A stretch of 64,000 nucleotides of DNA from the IMG/VR virus record IMGVR_UViG_3300023174_000144, positions 10,472-74,471 of that record; one strand, written 5' to 3'. Positions 1-7,009 of this stretch are shown here, piece by piece. This DNA comes from a virus (Duplodnaviria > Caudoviricetes). The translations under genes and the position numbers were made by a program. Every line of letters starts with the position of its first letter. The first letter of the stretch is position 1. A model generated the notes under the pieces. It saw only the letters and a list, made by a program, of their open reading frames with translations. It had not been told where the DNA came from and searched no databases.

Positions 1-1
1 G

Positions 2-184
2 AATCCTTCTTACGAGGAGGATACTGATCGCAACCTGTACAATTTGTACAATGCGTCAACTCAGTTCCTGACTCGGAACGTTGCAGATGAACGCTATGAG
101 TATAGCGAGCGCATCAGCACTGATTTGCTCAAAGTCTTCTCGGGCAAAACCCGTGACGAAGAGCTCCTGAAGCTGGTCGCCTAA
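2..184 (+). CDS. 3' end of a gene truncated by the window edge, DUF932-like
   Basis: Open frame 2 reads NPSYEEDTDRNLYNLYNASTQFLT...KLVA then TAA at 182-184. The LYNLYNA.T motif resembles the DUF932 C-terminus. A terminator follows. Confidence 0.45.
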   Translation, partial: NPSYEEDTDRNLYNLYNASTQFLTRNVADERYEYSERISTDLLKVFSGKTRDEELLKLVA

Positions 185-204
185 ACTAAAACGAAACTTT
201 AACA

Positions 205-236
205 GGTGCGAGGGGCAAAACCCCTCGCATCTTTTT
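205..236 (+). terminator. Rho-independent terminator
   Basis: TGCGAGGGG-caaaa-CCCCTCGCA stem followed by CTTTTT. Confidence 0.85.
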
Positions 237-255
237 GCTCAAATTTAATGAATTA

Positions 256-328
256 TAAGTCGTTGACCATCAAGCACTTACAGCGCGCGGGACCCTGCGT
301 TTGTAAGTCGTTAACCATTAACGAGATT
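256..328. repeat. Paired-palindrome element E1
   Basis: TAAGTCGTTGA-cca-TCAAGCACTTA (256-280), 23-nt GC linker, TAAGTCGTTAA-cca-TTAACGAGATT (304-328); 6 nt upstream of TTGACA. Confidence 0.9.
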
Positions 329-368
329 TAAATGTTGACAAAAAACCAAGTTCTGTTATTCTTAACCT

Positions 369-581
369 ATGACAAACAAACAATCAGTTCCATTCTATGT
401 GATGAATGTGTTCGGCCAAGACCGAGCCGTTATCCTAAACACCTCAATTCGTATGTGCACGAGCAAAGAAACTTGTTCACTCAAAGATTTGGAAAATTAT
501 GCCAAGGCTTTTGCTGTGGAGTTCTTTCAAGTTCCAAAACCTTCGAGCTTTCCTGCTAAAGTGGGGCAAGTAGTTTCTTGA
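369..581 (+). CDS. hypothetical early protein (leaderless)
   Basis: 70-aa ORF with ATG 6 nt after the -10 box TATTCT. Confidence 0.75.
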   Translation: MTNKQSVPFYVMNVFGQDRAVILNTSIRMCTSKETCSLKDLENYAKAFAVEFFQVPKPSSFPAKVGQVVS

Positions 582-585
582 AGAT

Positions 586-659
586 GGGCATATAGCTCAA
601 TTGGTTAGAGCGAAGCACTCATAATGCTTGGGTTGTAGGTTCAAGTCCTACTGTGCCCA
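586..659 (+). tRNA. tRNA with CAT anticodon (elongator Met or lysidine-type Ile2)
   Basis: Acceptor GGGCATA/TGTGCCC, anticodon arm AAGCA-CTCATAA-TGCTT, T arm GTAGG-TTCAAGT-CCTAC. G1-C72 is paired, so not an initiator. No encoded CCA. Confidence 0.92.
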
Positions 660-723
660 TAAATTATGATAATCTTCATAATTATTTATTGACAAAATCA
701 CAAGAGGTGTTAAACTTAAAACA

Positions 724-861
724 ATGAAAGAACCACATACTCTCCATACTTCTCCTTGTGCGGATTGGATGCTTAACTCTTATAGTAAGTTTGTTGAGCC
801 AACTCAAGCTGACATAGATTGGTATTTTAACAATAAAAGCATTGACAATAAACAAGAATAG
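724..861 (+). CDS. hypothetical 45-aa protein (not in ORF track)
   Basis: MKEPHTLHTSPCADWMLNSYSKFVEPTQADIDWYFNNKSIDNKQE, 7 nt after the TTGACA-N16-TAAACT promoter. Confidence 0.65.
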   Translation: MKEPHTLHTSPCADWMLNSYSKFVEPTQADIDWYFNNKSIDNKQE

Positions 862-875
862 GATAAACTAAAACT

Positions 876-1262
876 ATGAAACTTACAAAACAGAATCTTG
901 GTGGACATTGGGTAATTGGAATCGAAGGCAAGCGAGATGATATTGAGCAGTATCATAATCGAATCTATAATTGGGGTGGCACAAATGGTGAGCTTCAATG
1001 GATGAGTGAGACCTTCGCTTACTTTTGGATTACGATGGAGAAGTTGGAGCGAGTAATGTTCAAGTATGTTATGAGTAGTGTGAGTGATAAACTTGGCAAG
1101 AAAATGAAAGGCAGTAAAGGTGGATTGAAGAAAGCTGTAATGAATCGAGTCCACAATACAATTAATAATATTCCAAACGATACTTTTGTTAGAACAGCAC
1201 AAATCCAAGAGTTCTTTTCGCTCGGAAAGATTTCTGCTGAAAAGTTAGATACTGATAGCTAA
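876..1262 (+). CDS. hypothetical early protein, paralog of 11097-11516
   Basis: Leaderless promoter 842-869. Shares IYNWGGTNG, KG.KGGL and LG.ISAEK with the minus-strand ORF. Confidence 0.85.
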   Translation: MKLTKQNLGGHWVIGIEGKRDDIEQYHNRIYNWGGTNGELQWMSETFAYFWITMEKLERVMFKYVMSSVSDKLGKKMKGSKGGLKKAVMNRVHNTINNIPNDTFVRTAQIQEFFSLGKISAEKLDTDS

Positions 1263-1268
1263 TTTATC

Positions 1269-1353
1269 GGGCAAGTGGCGGAACTGGCGAGACGCATCTG
1301 GCTTAAGATCAGATACATTAGAAACATTGTGAGTTCAAATCTCACCTTGCCCA
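1269..1353 (+). tRNA. tRNA-Leu(UAA)
   Basis: GGGCAAG/CTTGCCC acceptor, TCTGG-CTTAAGA-TCAGA anticodon arm, long variable arm, GTGAG-TTCAAAT-CTCAC T arm. Confidence 0.92.
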
Positions 1354-1365
1354 AGTTTTGATGTT

Positions 1366-1437
1366 GCTCTTATAGCTTAATGGATAAAGTGAATGTCTTC
1401 TAAACATTCTATGCAGGTTCGATTCCTGCTAAGAGCA
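1366..1437 (+). tRNA. tRNA-Arg(UCU)
   Basis: GCTCTTA/TAAGAGC acceptor, AATGT-CTTCTAA-ACATT anticodon arm, GCAGG-TTCGATT-CCTGC T arm. Confidence 0.92.
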
Positions 1438-1489
1438 CTTTAGCTTAAAAAGATAATCTATTTCAATCTAATCTAGTGTAACTATAAGT

Positions 1490-2017
1490 ATGAATAAAAC
1501 TCTGTTAAAGCAATATATAGATTCTGGCTATTCTTCTTATAAGATAGCTAATATTTCTAATAAAGGCCAAACTACAATAAGATACTGGCTCAAAAAATAT
1601 GATTTATTTACCAAAGGAAACAAAAGAGATACTAAAATAATAAATGGAGATACTCATATTAAATGTGGAAACTGTGATAAATTTTATTCAAAAGATAATT
1701 TCTATAAAAAAACAAAAAAGTCATTTATGAGTTATTGCAAAGAATGCTTTAATGAATACGCAAAAGAGAGATGGAAAGCTAGAAAACGTAAGGCTATTGA
1801 ATATAAAGGTGGCAAATGCTCTTCTTGTGGCTATAATAAATGTCCTGATGTTCTTGAATTTCATCATAGAGATCCTAAACAAAAAGAATTTGATTGGAAA
1901 AAACTTCGTCAGATGTCTTGGGATAAGGTAACAAACGAATTAGATAAGTGCGACATACTTTGTTCGAACTGCCATAGAGAGCGACATTACGAAATATTTT
2001 CTCTAAATAAAAAATAA
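1490..2017 (+). CDS. HNH endonuclease with N-terminal HTH and Zn-finger (putative homing endonuclease)
   Basis: CSSCGYNKCPDVLEFHHRDP...ELDKCDILCSNCHRERH HNH motif. N-terminal HTH-like SSYKIANISNKGQTTIRYWLKKY. Confidence 0.85.
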   Translation: MNKTLLKQYIDSGYSSYKIANISNKGQTTIRYWLKKYDLFTKGNKRDTKIINGDTHIKCGNCDKFYSKDNFYKKTKKSFMSYCKECFNEYAKERWKARKRKAIEYKGGKCSSCGYNKCPDVLEFHHRDPKQKEFDWKKLRQMSWDKVTNELDKCDILCSNCHRERHYEIFSLNKK

Positions 2018-2018
2018 C

Positions 2019-2150
2019 ATGTACTCTATTTATGTGAGAGATTTTTTTGACAAGAATGCCCCAATCATTTTTCTTTGTGGAATAAGTTTGAGTATTTTTT
2101 GGGGAGCAATAGAAGAGTTAATTAAAATGTTAATTACACATCTAAAATAG
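2019..2150 (+). CDS. hypothetical 43-aa membrane peptide
   Basis: MYSIYVRDFFDKNAPIIFLCGISLSIFWGAIEELIKMLITHLK; starts 1 nt after the HNH stop. Confidence 0.45.
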   Translation: MYSIYVRDFFDKNAPIIFLCGISLSIFWGAIEELIKMLITHLK

Positions 2151-2221
2151 TTTTTCCAAAATATCTAAGTACACAGTATAAATAGTTGAAATATAAACCA
2201 ATATATTGTAATATATAATAT

Positions 2222-2380
2222 ATGAAGCATGAGAATAGATTTGATAAGAAACTAGAACAAAAAATCTTGTCTGAGATCGATCAAAAAGATCTTAAACAAA
2301 TTGATCAAATGCTTTCTGATTTAGAAATCGTCTGGAAGAAGTGGGTCAAAGCTCATCCAGATTGGAAGTCTCATGAATAA
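2222..2380 (+). CDS. hypothetical 52-aa protein
   Basis: MKHENRFDKKLEQKILSEIDQKDLKQIDQMLSDLEIVWKKWVKAHPDWKSHE; its TAA is the first 3 nt of element E2. Confidence 0.65.
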   Translation: MKHENRFDKKLEQKILSEIDQKDLKQIDQMLSDLEIVWKKWVKAHPDWKSHE

Positions 2381-2450
2381 GTCGTTGATACTCAAGTAGT
2401 TATAGAAGCAGGGAGCTTCGCGTTGTAAGTCGTTGACTCTCAAAGAGATA
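2378..2450. repeat. Paired-palindrome element E2
   Basis: TAAGTCGTTGA-tac-TCAAGTAGTTA, 23-nt linker, TAAGTCGTTGA-ctc-TCAAAGAGATA; 6 nt upstream of TTGACA. Confidence 0.9.
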
Positions 2451-2490
2451 TAAAGCTTGACAATTTTCACATCTATATTAGAATTATTAA

Positions 2491-2619
2491 ATGGCACTTC
2501 TTAAAGCTATTATTAATTTTCCTTTTGTTCAAATTTCGTATGGTGAAGGTAACATTTTATTAAGTTGGAAAGCCTGGCACTTGGCAGTATATTTATATTT
2601 TTGGTGGAATTATTCGTGA
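2491..2619 (+). CDS. hypothetical 42-aa hydrophobic protein
   Basis: MALLKAIINFPFVQISYGEGNILLSWKAWHLAVYLYFWWNYS; leaderless promoter 2457-2484; GTGA overlap with the next gene. Confidence 0.6.
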   Translation: MALLKAIINFPFVQISYGEGNILLSWKAWHLAVYLYFWWNYS

Positions 2620-2957
2620 AAGCAAAGCACAAAGTATACTATAACTTACATAAGCATTGTTTAAGTATAATGCTTCGTGGAAAAGTATTAGAGCATAACT
2701 CAGAGTTCTTTCTTAAAGATGTAGAGTTTAGAGTGAGTCAAGCTGGCAGAAACAGAGTATTAAAAGAAAAGCGGAAAAATGTTCACGCTTTTGTGTGTGG
2801 CACTCCAGATGATGGTTGGCCTATTGATCAAAATGAAAGAAAAGTAACATATAATCCTTATAAGTATAACAGCTTTGTTTATGCTGATACTCTTGAGCCA
2901 GTATACAAAGTAAAGTGGGCTGGTGTTATAAATCGTGATATATTTGTCTTGAATTAA
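2616..2957 (+). CDS. conserved phage hypothetical protein (VYYNLHK...VSQAGRNRVLKEKRKNVHAFV...YNPYK family)
   Basis: Start moved to GTG 2616 (coupled to upstream TGA) rather than TTG 2565. Motif recalled from many phage genomes; function unknown. Confidence 0.8.
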   Translation: MKAKHKVYYNLHKHCLSIMLRGKVLEHNSEFFLKDVEFRVSQAGRNRVLKEKRKNVHAFVCGTPDDGWPIDQNERKVTYNPYKYNSFVYADTLEPVYKVKWAGVINRDIFVLN

Positions 2958-2982
2958 TCTAAAAGTATAGTAGAATTATCTA

Positions 2983-3138
2983 ATGGAAATTACTAAAGCC
3001 AAGAAACTAAAGGAGGGTGGTTACGCACTATACGCAACTGACCCTAAAACTAAAACTGAAACCCAAGTTGGATATATTGGAGAAGGTCTGACTTTGGAAG
3101 CGTGGCTTCCTAAAGGAGTAAAAATTGAAAATTCTTGA
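2983..3138 (+). CDS. hypothetical 51-aa protein
   Basis: MEITKAKKLKEGGYALYATDPKTKTETQVGYIGEGLTLEAWLPKGVKIENS; leaderless promoter 2949-2976. Confidence 0.7.
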   Translation: MEITKAKKLKEGGYALYATDPKTKTETQVGYIGEGLTLEAWLPKGVKIENS

Positions 3139-3538
3139 AGAAACATTTACCAGTCGAGGATTTAAGTTCACGATGATTGGTCGTGATGGCGATGTTGCAA
3201 TCTATAAAAAGCAACTCGATGAACCAGACAGCGAAGCGTTCAACTATGAAGTGATTGCTATTAAGCGTCACAATGGATATGAAATTGCAGGTGTGAAGAT
3301 GCCACCAGCAGAAATGTATCCAAGCGATAGTCAATGGGGCGATTGGGCTTATACTTGTATTGATCGTGAAGATGCAGACAAGCGATTCGTTCAACTAAAA
3401 GAAAAACTAGAAGCTTATGTTGCGACATCAACCTTGCCTAATGGTGAGAAGCGTGGTCGTGGTCGTCCTCGTAAGAGCGATGTTCTTCCAGCACCTCCAG
3501 CAGAAATCCACTTGACACCAGAACAATTAGCAGTATAA
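3125..3538 (+). CDS. hypothetical protein with C-terminal AT-hook
   Basis: TTG start after AAGGAG; KRGRGRPRK AT-hook motif. Confidence 0.8.
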   Translation: MKILEETFTSRGFKFTMIGRDGDVAIYKKQLDEPDSEAFNYEVIAIKRHNGYEIAGVKMPPAEMYPSDSQWGDWAYTCIDREDADKRFVQLKEKLEAYVATSTLPNGEKRGRGRPRKSDVLPAPPAEIHLTPEQLAV

Positions 3539-3545
3539 TCCGATT

Positions 3546-3779
3546 ATGACATACAAATGTGCAGTAAGCGGTGAAGCAATTTCACCAGAGAGAGTTGAGG
3601 CTCTGCAAGTCCTCGGCGTTCCAGAAGCTCTATGGACTAAAAAAGAGCATAGTCAAACAAGAAAGCTAAAAGCTATATATGCAGGTGACGATGGCAGTAA
3701 TGACATTGTTATTTGTGATAATGTAGATGGTGGCTCAATGTTTGAGAATGAAGTAATCGCAGAGGTAGAAAATGACTAA
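3546..3779 (+). CDS. hypothetical protein (DksA/TraR-like C-x2-G..I..ERVEAL N-terminus, weak)
   Basis: Perfect TTGACA-N16-TATAAT-N6-ATG. YKCAVSGEAISPERVEAL resembles a degenerate DksA/TraR finger. Confidence 0.7.
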   Translation: MTYKCAVSGEAISPERVEALQVLGVPEALWTKKEHSQTRKLKAIYAGDDGSNDIVICDNVDGGSMFENEVIAEVEND

Positions 3780-3930
3780 TAAATTTATAGTATTGAGAGA
3801 CGGAGTTCGTGTCAGCGATGATATGTACAATTCAGAAGCAGATGCCCAACACGAGGCAAACTTCTGGCGTGAAATCATCAAGCGTTGGCCAGACGGCACG
3901 AAAGTCGTTATCAAAAAAATCGGTGGATAA
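3772..3930 (+). CDS. hypothetical 52-aa protein
   Basis: MTNKFIVLRDGVRVSDDMYNSEADAQHEANFWREIIKRWPDGTKVVIKKIGG, overlapping the upstream stop. Confidence 0.7.
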   Translation: MTNKFIVLRDGVRVSDDMYNSEADAQHEANFWREIIKRWPDGTKVVIKKIGG

Positions 3931-3952
3931 CTTCGGAGGCCGACACTAAAAT

Positions 3953-4043
3953 ACGAGGGTCGTCTAACTGGTTAAGACCCACGATTTATATTCGTGAAGC
4001 TCTAGATTTGAGCGTAATGAAGGTTCAAATCCTTCCCCTCGTA
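3953..4043 (+). tRNA. tRNA-Ile(UAU)-like with long variable arm
   Basis: ACGAGGG/CCCTCGT acceptor, GTCT/AGAC D stem, CACGA-TTTATAT-TCGTG anticodon arm, 22-nt variable region with GCTC-tagattt-GAGC hairpin, GAAGG-TTCAAAT-CCTTC T arm. Confidence 0.85.
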
Positions 4044-4116
4044 AACCCTTAACAATCAACAAGAAAAAAAAGATAAAAAAGTTTGACAAAAAAGAAAGGT
4101 ATAGTAAGATAAGAGT

Positions 4117-4383
4117 ATGAACAAAATCAAAAACGCAGTAATATACATAACCTCATTCACCAAGTATCTGTTCCTTTTCCTCGTAGGGCAAAGGTATCTG
4201 ATCGAATACAAACCCTACGGCAAAGATGAAGTCTATACTTACATCATTGGTAAGCCTTCGTCTTATACGATTAGCAAGGCTGGCAACAAGTTGTTTACGA
4301 CTTTTTGCTTCTCTGGTCGTATGGATTCTGGCGTGAAGCAATTCCGCTACGATAGAATTACTGGAGGTCTCTCGCCAGTTTAA
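4117..4383 (+). CDS. hypothetical protein (possible WYL/Sm-like C-terminus)
   Basis: Leaderless promoter 4083-4110. GVKQFRYDRI resembles the WYL R.FR.DRI motif (weak). Confidence 0.7.
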   Translation: MNKIKNAVIYITSFTKYLFLFLVGQRYLIEYKPYGKDEVYTYIIGKPSSYTISKAGNKLFTTFCFSGRMDSGVKQFRYDRITGGLSPV

Positions 4384-4422
4384 CAACAGAGAGATGGGGT
4401 CGTGATTTACCCCTCCATATAG

Positions 4423-4455
4423 AAAAGGCGAGACCTAAAAAATCTCGCCTTTTTT
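4423..4455. terminator. Rho-independent terminator, possibly bidirectional
   Basis: AAAAGGCGAGA-cctaaaaaa-TCTCGCCTTTTTT. Confidence 0.85.
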
Positions 4456-4490
4456 ATTGCACTTAAACAAAGTTATGTTAAGATAACTAT

Positions 4491-4619
4491 AGTTCTTTCC
4501 GCAAGGTGTGGAGTGACTAACCCATTAACGCCCTTGAAACCCCAATGCCCAGAGTCTGAGGCAATTAGAGGTGGGTATATATTCTCTTTGATTCTAGAGC
4601 AAAGAGAGCGGAAAAAACT
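4491..4619 (+). ncRNA. candidate structured ncRNA of ~129 nt
   Basis: Own promoter TTGCAC-N16-TAAGAT-N6 and no start codon. 5' AGTTCTTTCCGC pairs with 3' GCGGAAAAAACT (11/12). Internal hairpins; T-rich tail. Confidence 0.6.
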
Positions 4620-4801
4620 TATTTATTTTTGCGCCAATCTTCTCTGTGGTTAAATACCCAACTTAACAAAGCTTTTTCAAAACCAATATCTTGACCAGCT
4701 TTTTCACTTTCAATCCATTTGTGTTTTAAGATCTCTTCTCGTTCTTCCATGAACTTTTTATATAACGCTGACGACTCTAATATTCCAGAGGTTTTCATCA
4801 A
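4619..4801 (-). CDS. small DUF4032-like protein resembling a Verrucomicrobia family
   Basis: SALYKKFMEEREEILKHKWIESEKAGQDIGFEKALLSWVFNHREDW; preceded by late motif GTGTAA (4820-4825, minus strand). Confidence 0.75.
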   Translation of the reverse strand: MMKTSGILESSALYKKFMEEREEILKHKWIESEKAGQDIGFEKALLSWVFNHREDWRKNK

Positions 4802-4884
4802 ATATTATTATAAATAATATTACACAAAATAGCAAATAGTAATTGCTAAATAGCTAAATAATAAATATAATAATACTACATATT

Positions 4885-4956
4885 GGGGCTATCGTCTAAT
4901 GGTTAGGACTCCTCGCTTTCAATGAGGGTGTATCGGTTCGAATCCGTTTAGCCCTA
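4885..4956 (+). tRNA. tRNA-Glu(UUC)
   Basis: GGGGCTA/TAGCCCT acceptor (G1-U72), CCTCG-CTTTCAA-TGAGG anticodon arm, T loop TTCGAAT with one T-stem mismatch. Confidence 0.85.
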
Positions 4957-4973
4957 TATACTTATGATAGTTA

Positions 4974-5046
4974 TAAGTGCTTAATTATCAAAGATTTATA
5001 GCGGCGGGCTCCCTGCCTTTGTAAGTTGTTGATAATGAGAGAGTTA
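4974..5046. repeat. Paired-palindrome element E3
   Basis: TAAGTGCTTAA-tta-TCAAAGATTTA, 23-nt linker tagcggcgggctccctgcctttg, TAAGTTGTTGA-taa-TGAGAGAGTTA. Confidence 0.85.
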
Positions 5047-5181
5047 TTACTCTCCCATATCACGAGCATGGTCAGCATCAAGCTCTGCCTGAGTTTCTAA
5101 GGCTCGTTCCATAGCTTGATCGTCCCACATTTCTTTTGCCCAGATTTTTAGTGTTTTTTCGTCATCGAATATGTTCATCAT
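5047..5181 (-). CDS. hypothetical 44-aa acidic protein (not in ORF track)
   Basis: MMNIFDDEKTLKIWAKEMWDDQAMERALETQAELDADHARDMGE; SD AAGGAGGT; promoter TTGACT-N16-TAATCT. Confidence 0.75.
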   Translation of the reverse strand: MMNIFDDEKTLKIWAKEMWDDQAMERALETQAELDADHARDMGE

Positions 5182-5236
5182 ATTTACCTCCTTTCTTTCT
5201 ATAGATTATCATATTTATCTATATAGTCAACAATTA

Positions 5237-5309
5237 TATTTCATTGATTATTAGAGAGTTACAAAAGCGACCTCCCTTGTGCTGTAAGTCTTTGATGGTG
5301 AATGAGATT
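5237..5309. repeat. Paired-palindrome element E4 between divergent promoters
   Basis: TATTTCATTGA-tta-TTAGAGAGTTA, 23-nt linker, TAAGTCTTTGA-tgg-TGAATGAGATT; each end lies 6 nt from a -35 box. Confidence 0.85.
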
Positions 5310-5349
5310 TATTAGTAGACAAAAAGAAAAAAACTGATATATTTAAACT

Positions 5350-6189
5350 ATGAAAGTAAACGAAATTATCACTGAAAAATTCATCGAAGCCCTCAACAAA
5401 GGTGTCATCCCTTGGCAGAAACCTTGGAAAGTTTTTGACCTCTGCAACGGAGTTTCCAAAAAGAATTATAGGGGCATCAATCAATTTTTGCTACGGATGC
5501 TTGCTTCTGATGATTTCTTTTTTACATTTAATCAGATCAAGGAACTAGGTGGGAGAATCAAAAAGGGTGCAAAGTCTCACATGGTAGTTTATTACAAACT
5601 CCTCAAGACAGAAAGCAACAATGAAACCAAAACTTTTCCAATGATGAGATTTTATAAAGTTTTTGGCTTGAGTGATATTGAGGGCATGAAGTGGAAACAG
5701 CCTGAAGTTAAGAAGTTGGATTTTTCACCAGTAGAAGAAGCAGAAAAGTTGATCAACAAGTGTTTGATTCAGATTAAGTATGGTGGCAGTCGTGCCTGTT
5801 ATTATCCGCAGGAGCATAAAATTGATCTTCCTCCAAAAGAAAATTTCACCAGCGTTGAGGAGTATTATTCCACAGCGTTCCATGAGATTGGTCACGCTAT
5901 GCACAAGGCTACCAATGACGATGTAAAAAATGGATTTGGAACTCAGAATTATAGCAAAGAAGAATTGACAGCAGAGATTTTTGCAAGCCTATGCCTTAAC
6001 TTCTGCGGAATTGATTCAGAAAAATGTTTCAACAATTCTGCCAGCTATCTCTCCAACTGGCTAGGAGTATTAAAGAAAGACATGAACTTTATTATCTCAG
6101 CTTCTAGCAAAGCACAAAAAAGATTTGACGCTTTTATTGGTAGAAAAGAAAGCGAAGAGATTCCACAAGAAGAAGCTGTAACTGCTTAA
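5350..6189 (+). CDS. ardC: ArdC-like antirestriction / ssDNA-binding protein
   Basis: N-terminal GVIPWQKPW...YRGINQFLL (DUF1738) and zincin-like FHEIGH...YSKEELTAE C-terminal domain. Confidence 0.88.
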   Translation: MKVNEIITEKFIEALNKGVIPWQKPWKVFDLCNGVSKKNYRGINQFLLRMLASDDFFFTFNQIKELGGRIKKGAKSHMVVYYKLLKTESNNETKTFPMMRFYKVFGLSDIEGMKWKQPEVKKLDFSPVEEAEKLINKCLIQIKYGGSRACYYPQEHKIDLPPKENFTSVEEYYSTAFHEIGHAMHKATNDDVKNGFGTQNYSKEELTAEIFASLCLNFCGIDSEKCFNNSASYLSNWLGVLKKDMNFIISASSKAQKRFDAFIGRKESEEIPQEEAVTA

Positions 6190-6251
6190 GTATTAACTAC
6201 TTACGCAAGCGGGGTCCCTGCCGTTCTAAGTCATTGATAGTCAATGAGATT
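6179..6251. repeat. Paired-palindrome element E5, overlapping the ardC stop
   Basis: TAACTGCTTAA-gta-TTAACTACTTA, 23-nt linker, TAAGTCATTGA-tag-TCAATGAGATT. Confidence 0.85.
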
Positions 6252-6303
6252 TAACTGTAAAAAAAAAACTTGTACGAAAACAAAAACGTGGTAACCTATT
6301 TTT

Positions 6304-6939
6304 ATGTTCAAAAACAAAAAACAAGCCGAAGAGATTGTTGGCACACTCTCAAAACCCTCGAAGATGCCTGGATATGCTTATTCAACGCCCGCAAAGCGTT
6401 GTCTTATCGGGCAGAAAATGCGGAATGTTGTAGGAAGCATTTGTGCTTTTTGCTATGCTCTTAAAGGGCGTTATGTTTTCCCCAATGTTCAAAAAGCTAT
6501 GGAAAAGCGTTTTGCTTCTCTTACCAATGATTTGTGGGTGGATGCTATGACATACTTAATCGGCAAGGTTAAGAATCCGCATTTCAGGTGGCACGATTCG
6601 GGCGATTTGCAAGGTGTGTGGCATATTGAAAAGATTGTGAAGATTGCAAAGAATCTTCCTCACATTTCTTTTTGGCTTCCAACTCGTGAATATGCTTTCG
6701 TTTCAACCTATATTGAACAAGGCGGTGAAGTTCCTAGCAATCTTACTATCCGTTTGTCTGCTCTGATGATGGATGGCCCCGCACCCGTAGGAATTGCACA
6801 ACGCCTTGGCTTATGCGTTAGCGGTGCAAGTAAGATTGGAAACTTCAACTGCCCAAGCTCCAAACAAGGCAACAAGTGCGGTGATTGTCGCAAGTGTTGG
6901 GATAAAAATGAGTTTGCAATAGATTATAAAAAGCATTAA
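6304..6939 (+). CDS. Gp88-like cysteine-rich phage protein
   Basis: LSKPSKMPG, CAFCYALKGRY, FRWHDSGD, FWLPTRE, NLTIRLSA and C-terminal CGDCRKCW motifs. Confidence 0.7.
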   Translation: MFKNKKQAEEIVGTLSKPSKMPGYAYSTPAKRCLIGQKMRNVVGSICAFCYALKGRYVFPNVQKAMEKRFASLTNDLWVDAMTYLIGKVKNPHFRWHDSGDLQGVWHIEKIVKIAKNLPHISFWLPTREYAFVSTYIEQGGEVPSNLTIRLSALMMDGPAPVGIAQRLGLCVSGASKIGNFNCPSSKQGNKCGDCRKCWDKNEFAIDYKKH

Positions 6940-7009
6940 GATGTCTAGATGACATTAATCTTTTTAATTATCCTTGGAATAATTTTATCATTATATATAA
7001 CATACTAAA

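Noticed and set aside
4491-4619. ncRNA as hammerhead, SRP or tRNA
   Set aside because: No CUGANGA core (CTGAGGC), no SRP GGAA/GNRA helix-8 motif, and no T-loop consensus.
6949-7008. 19-aa hydrophobic mini-ORF MTLIFLIILGIILSLYITY
   Set aside because: It fills the gap neatly but has no RBS or promoter and is too short to support.
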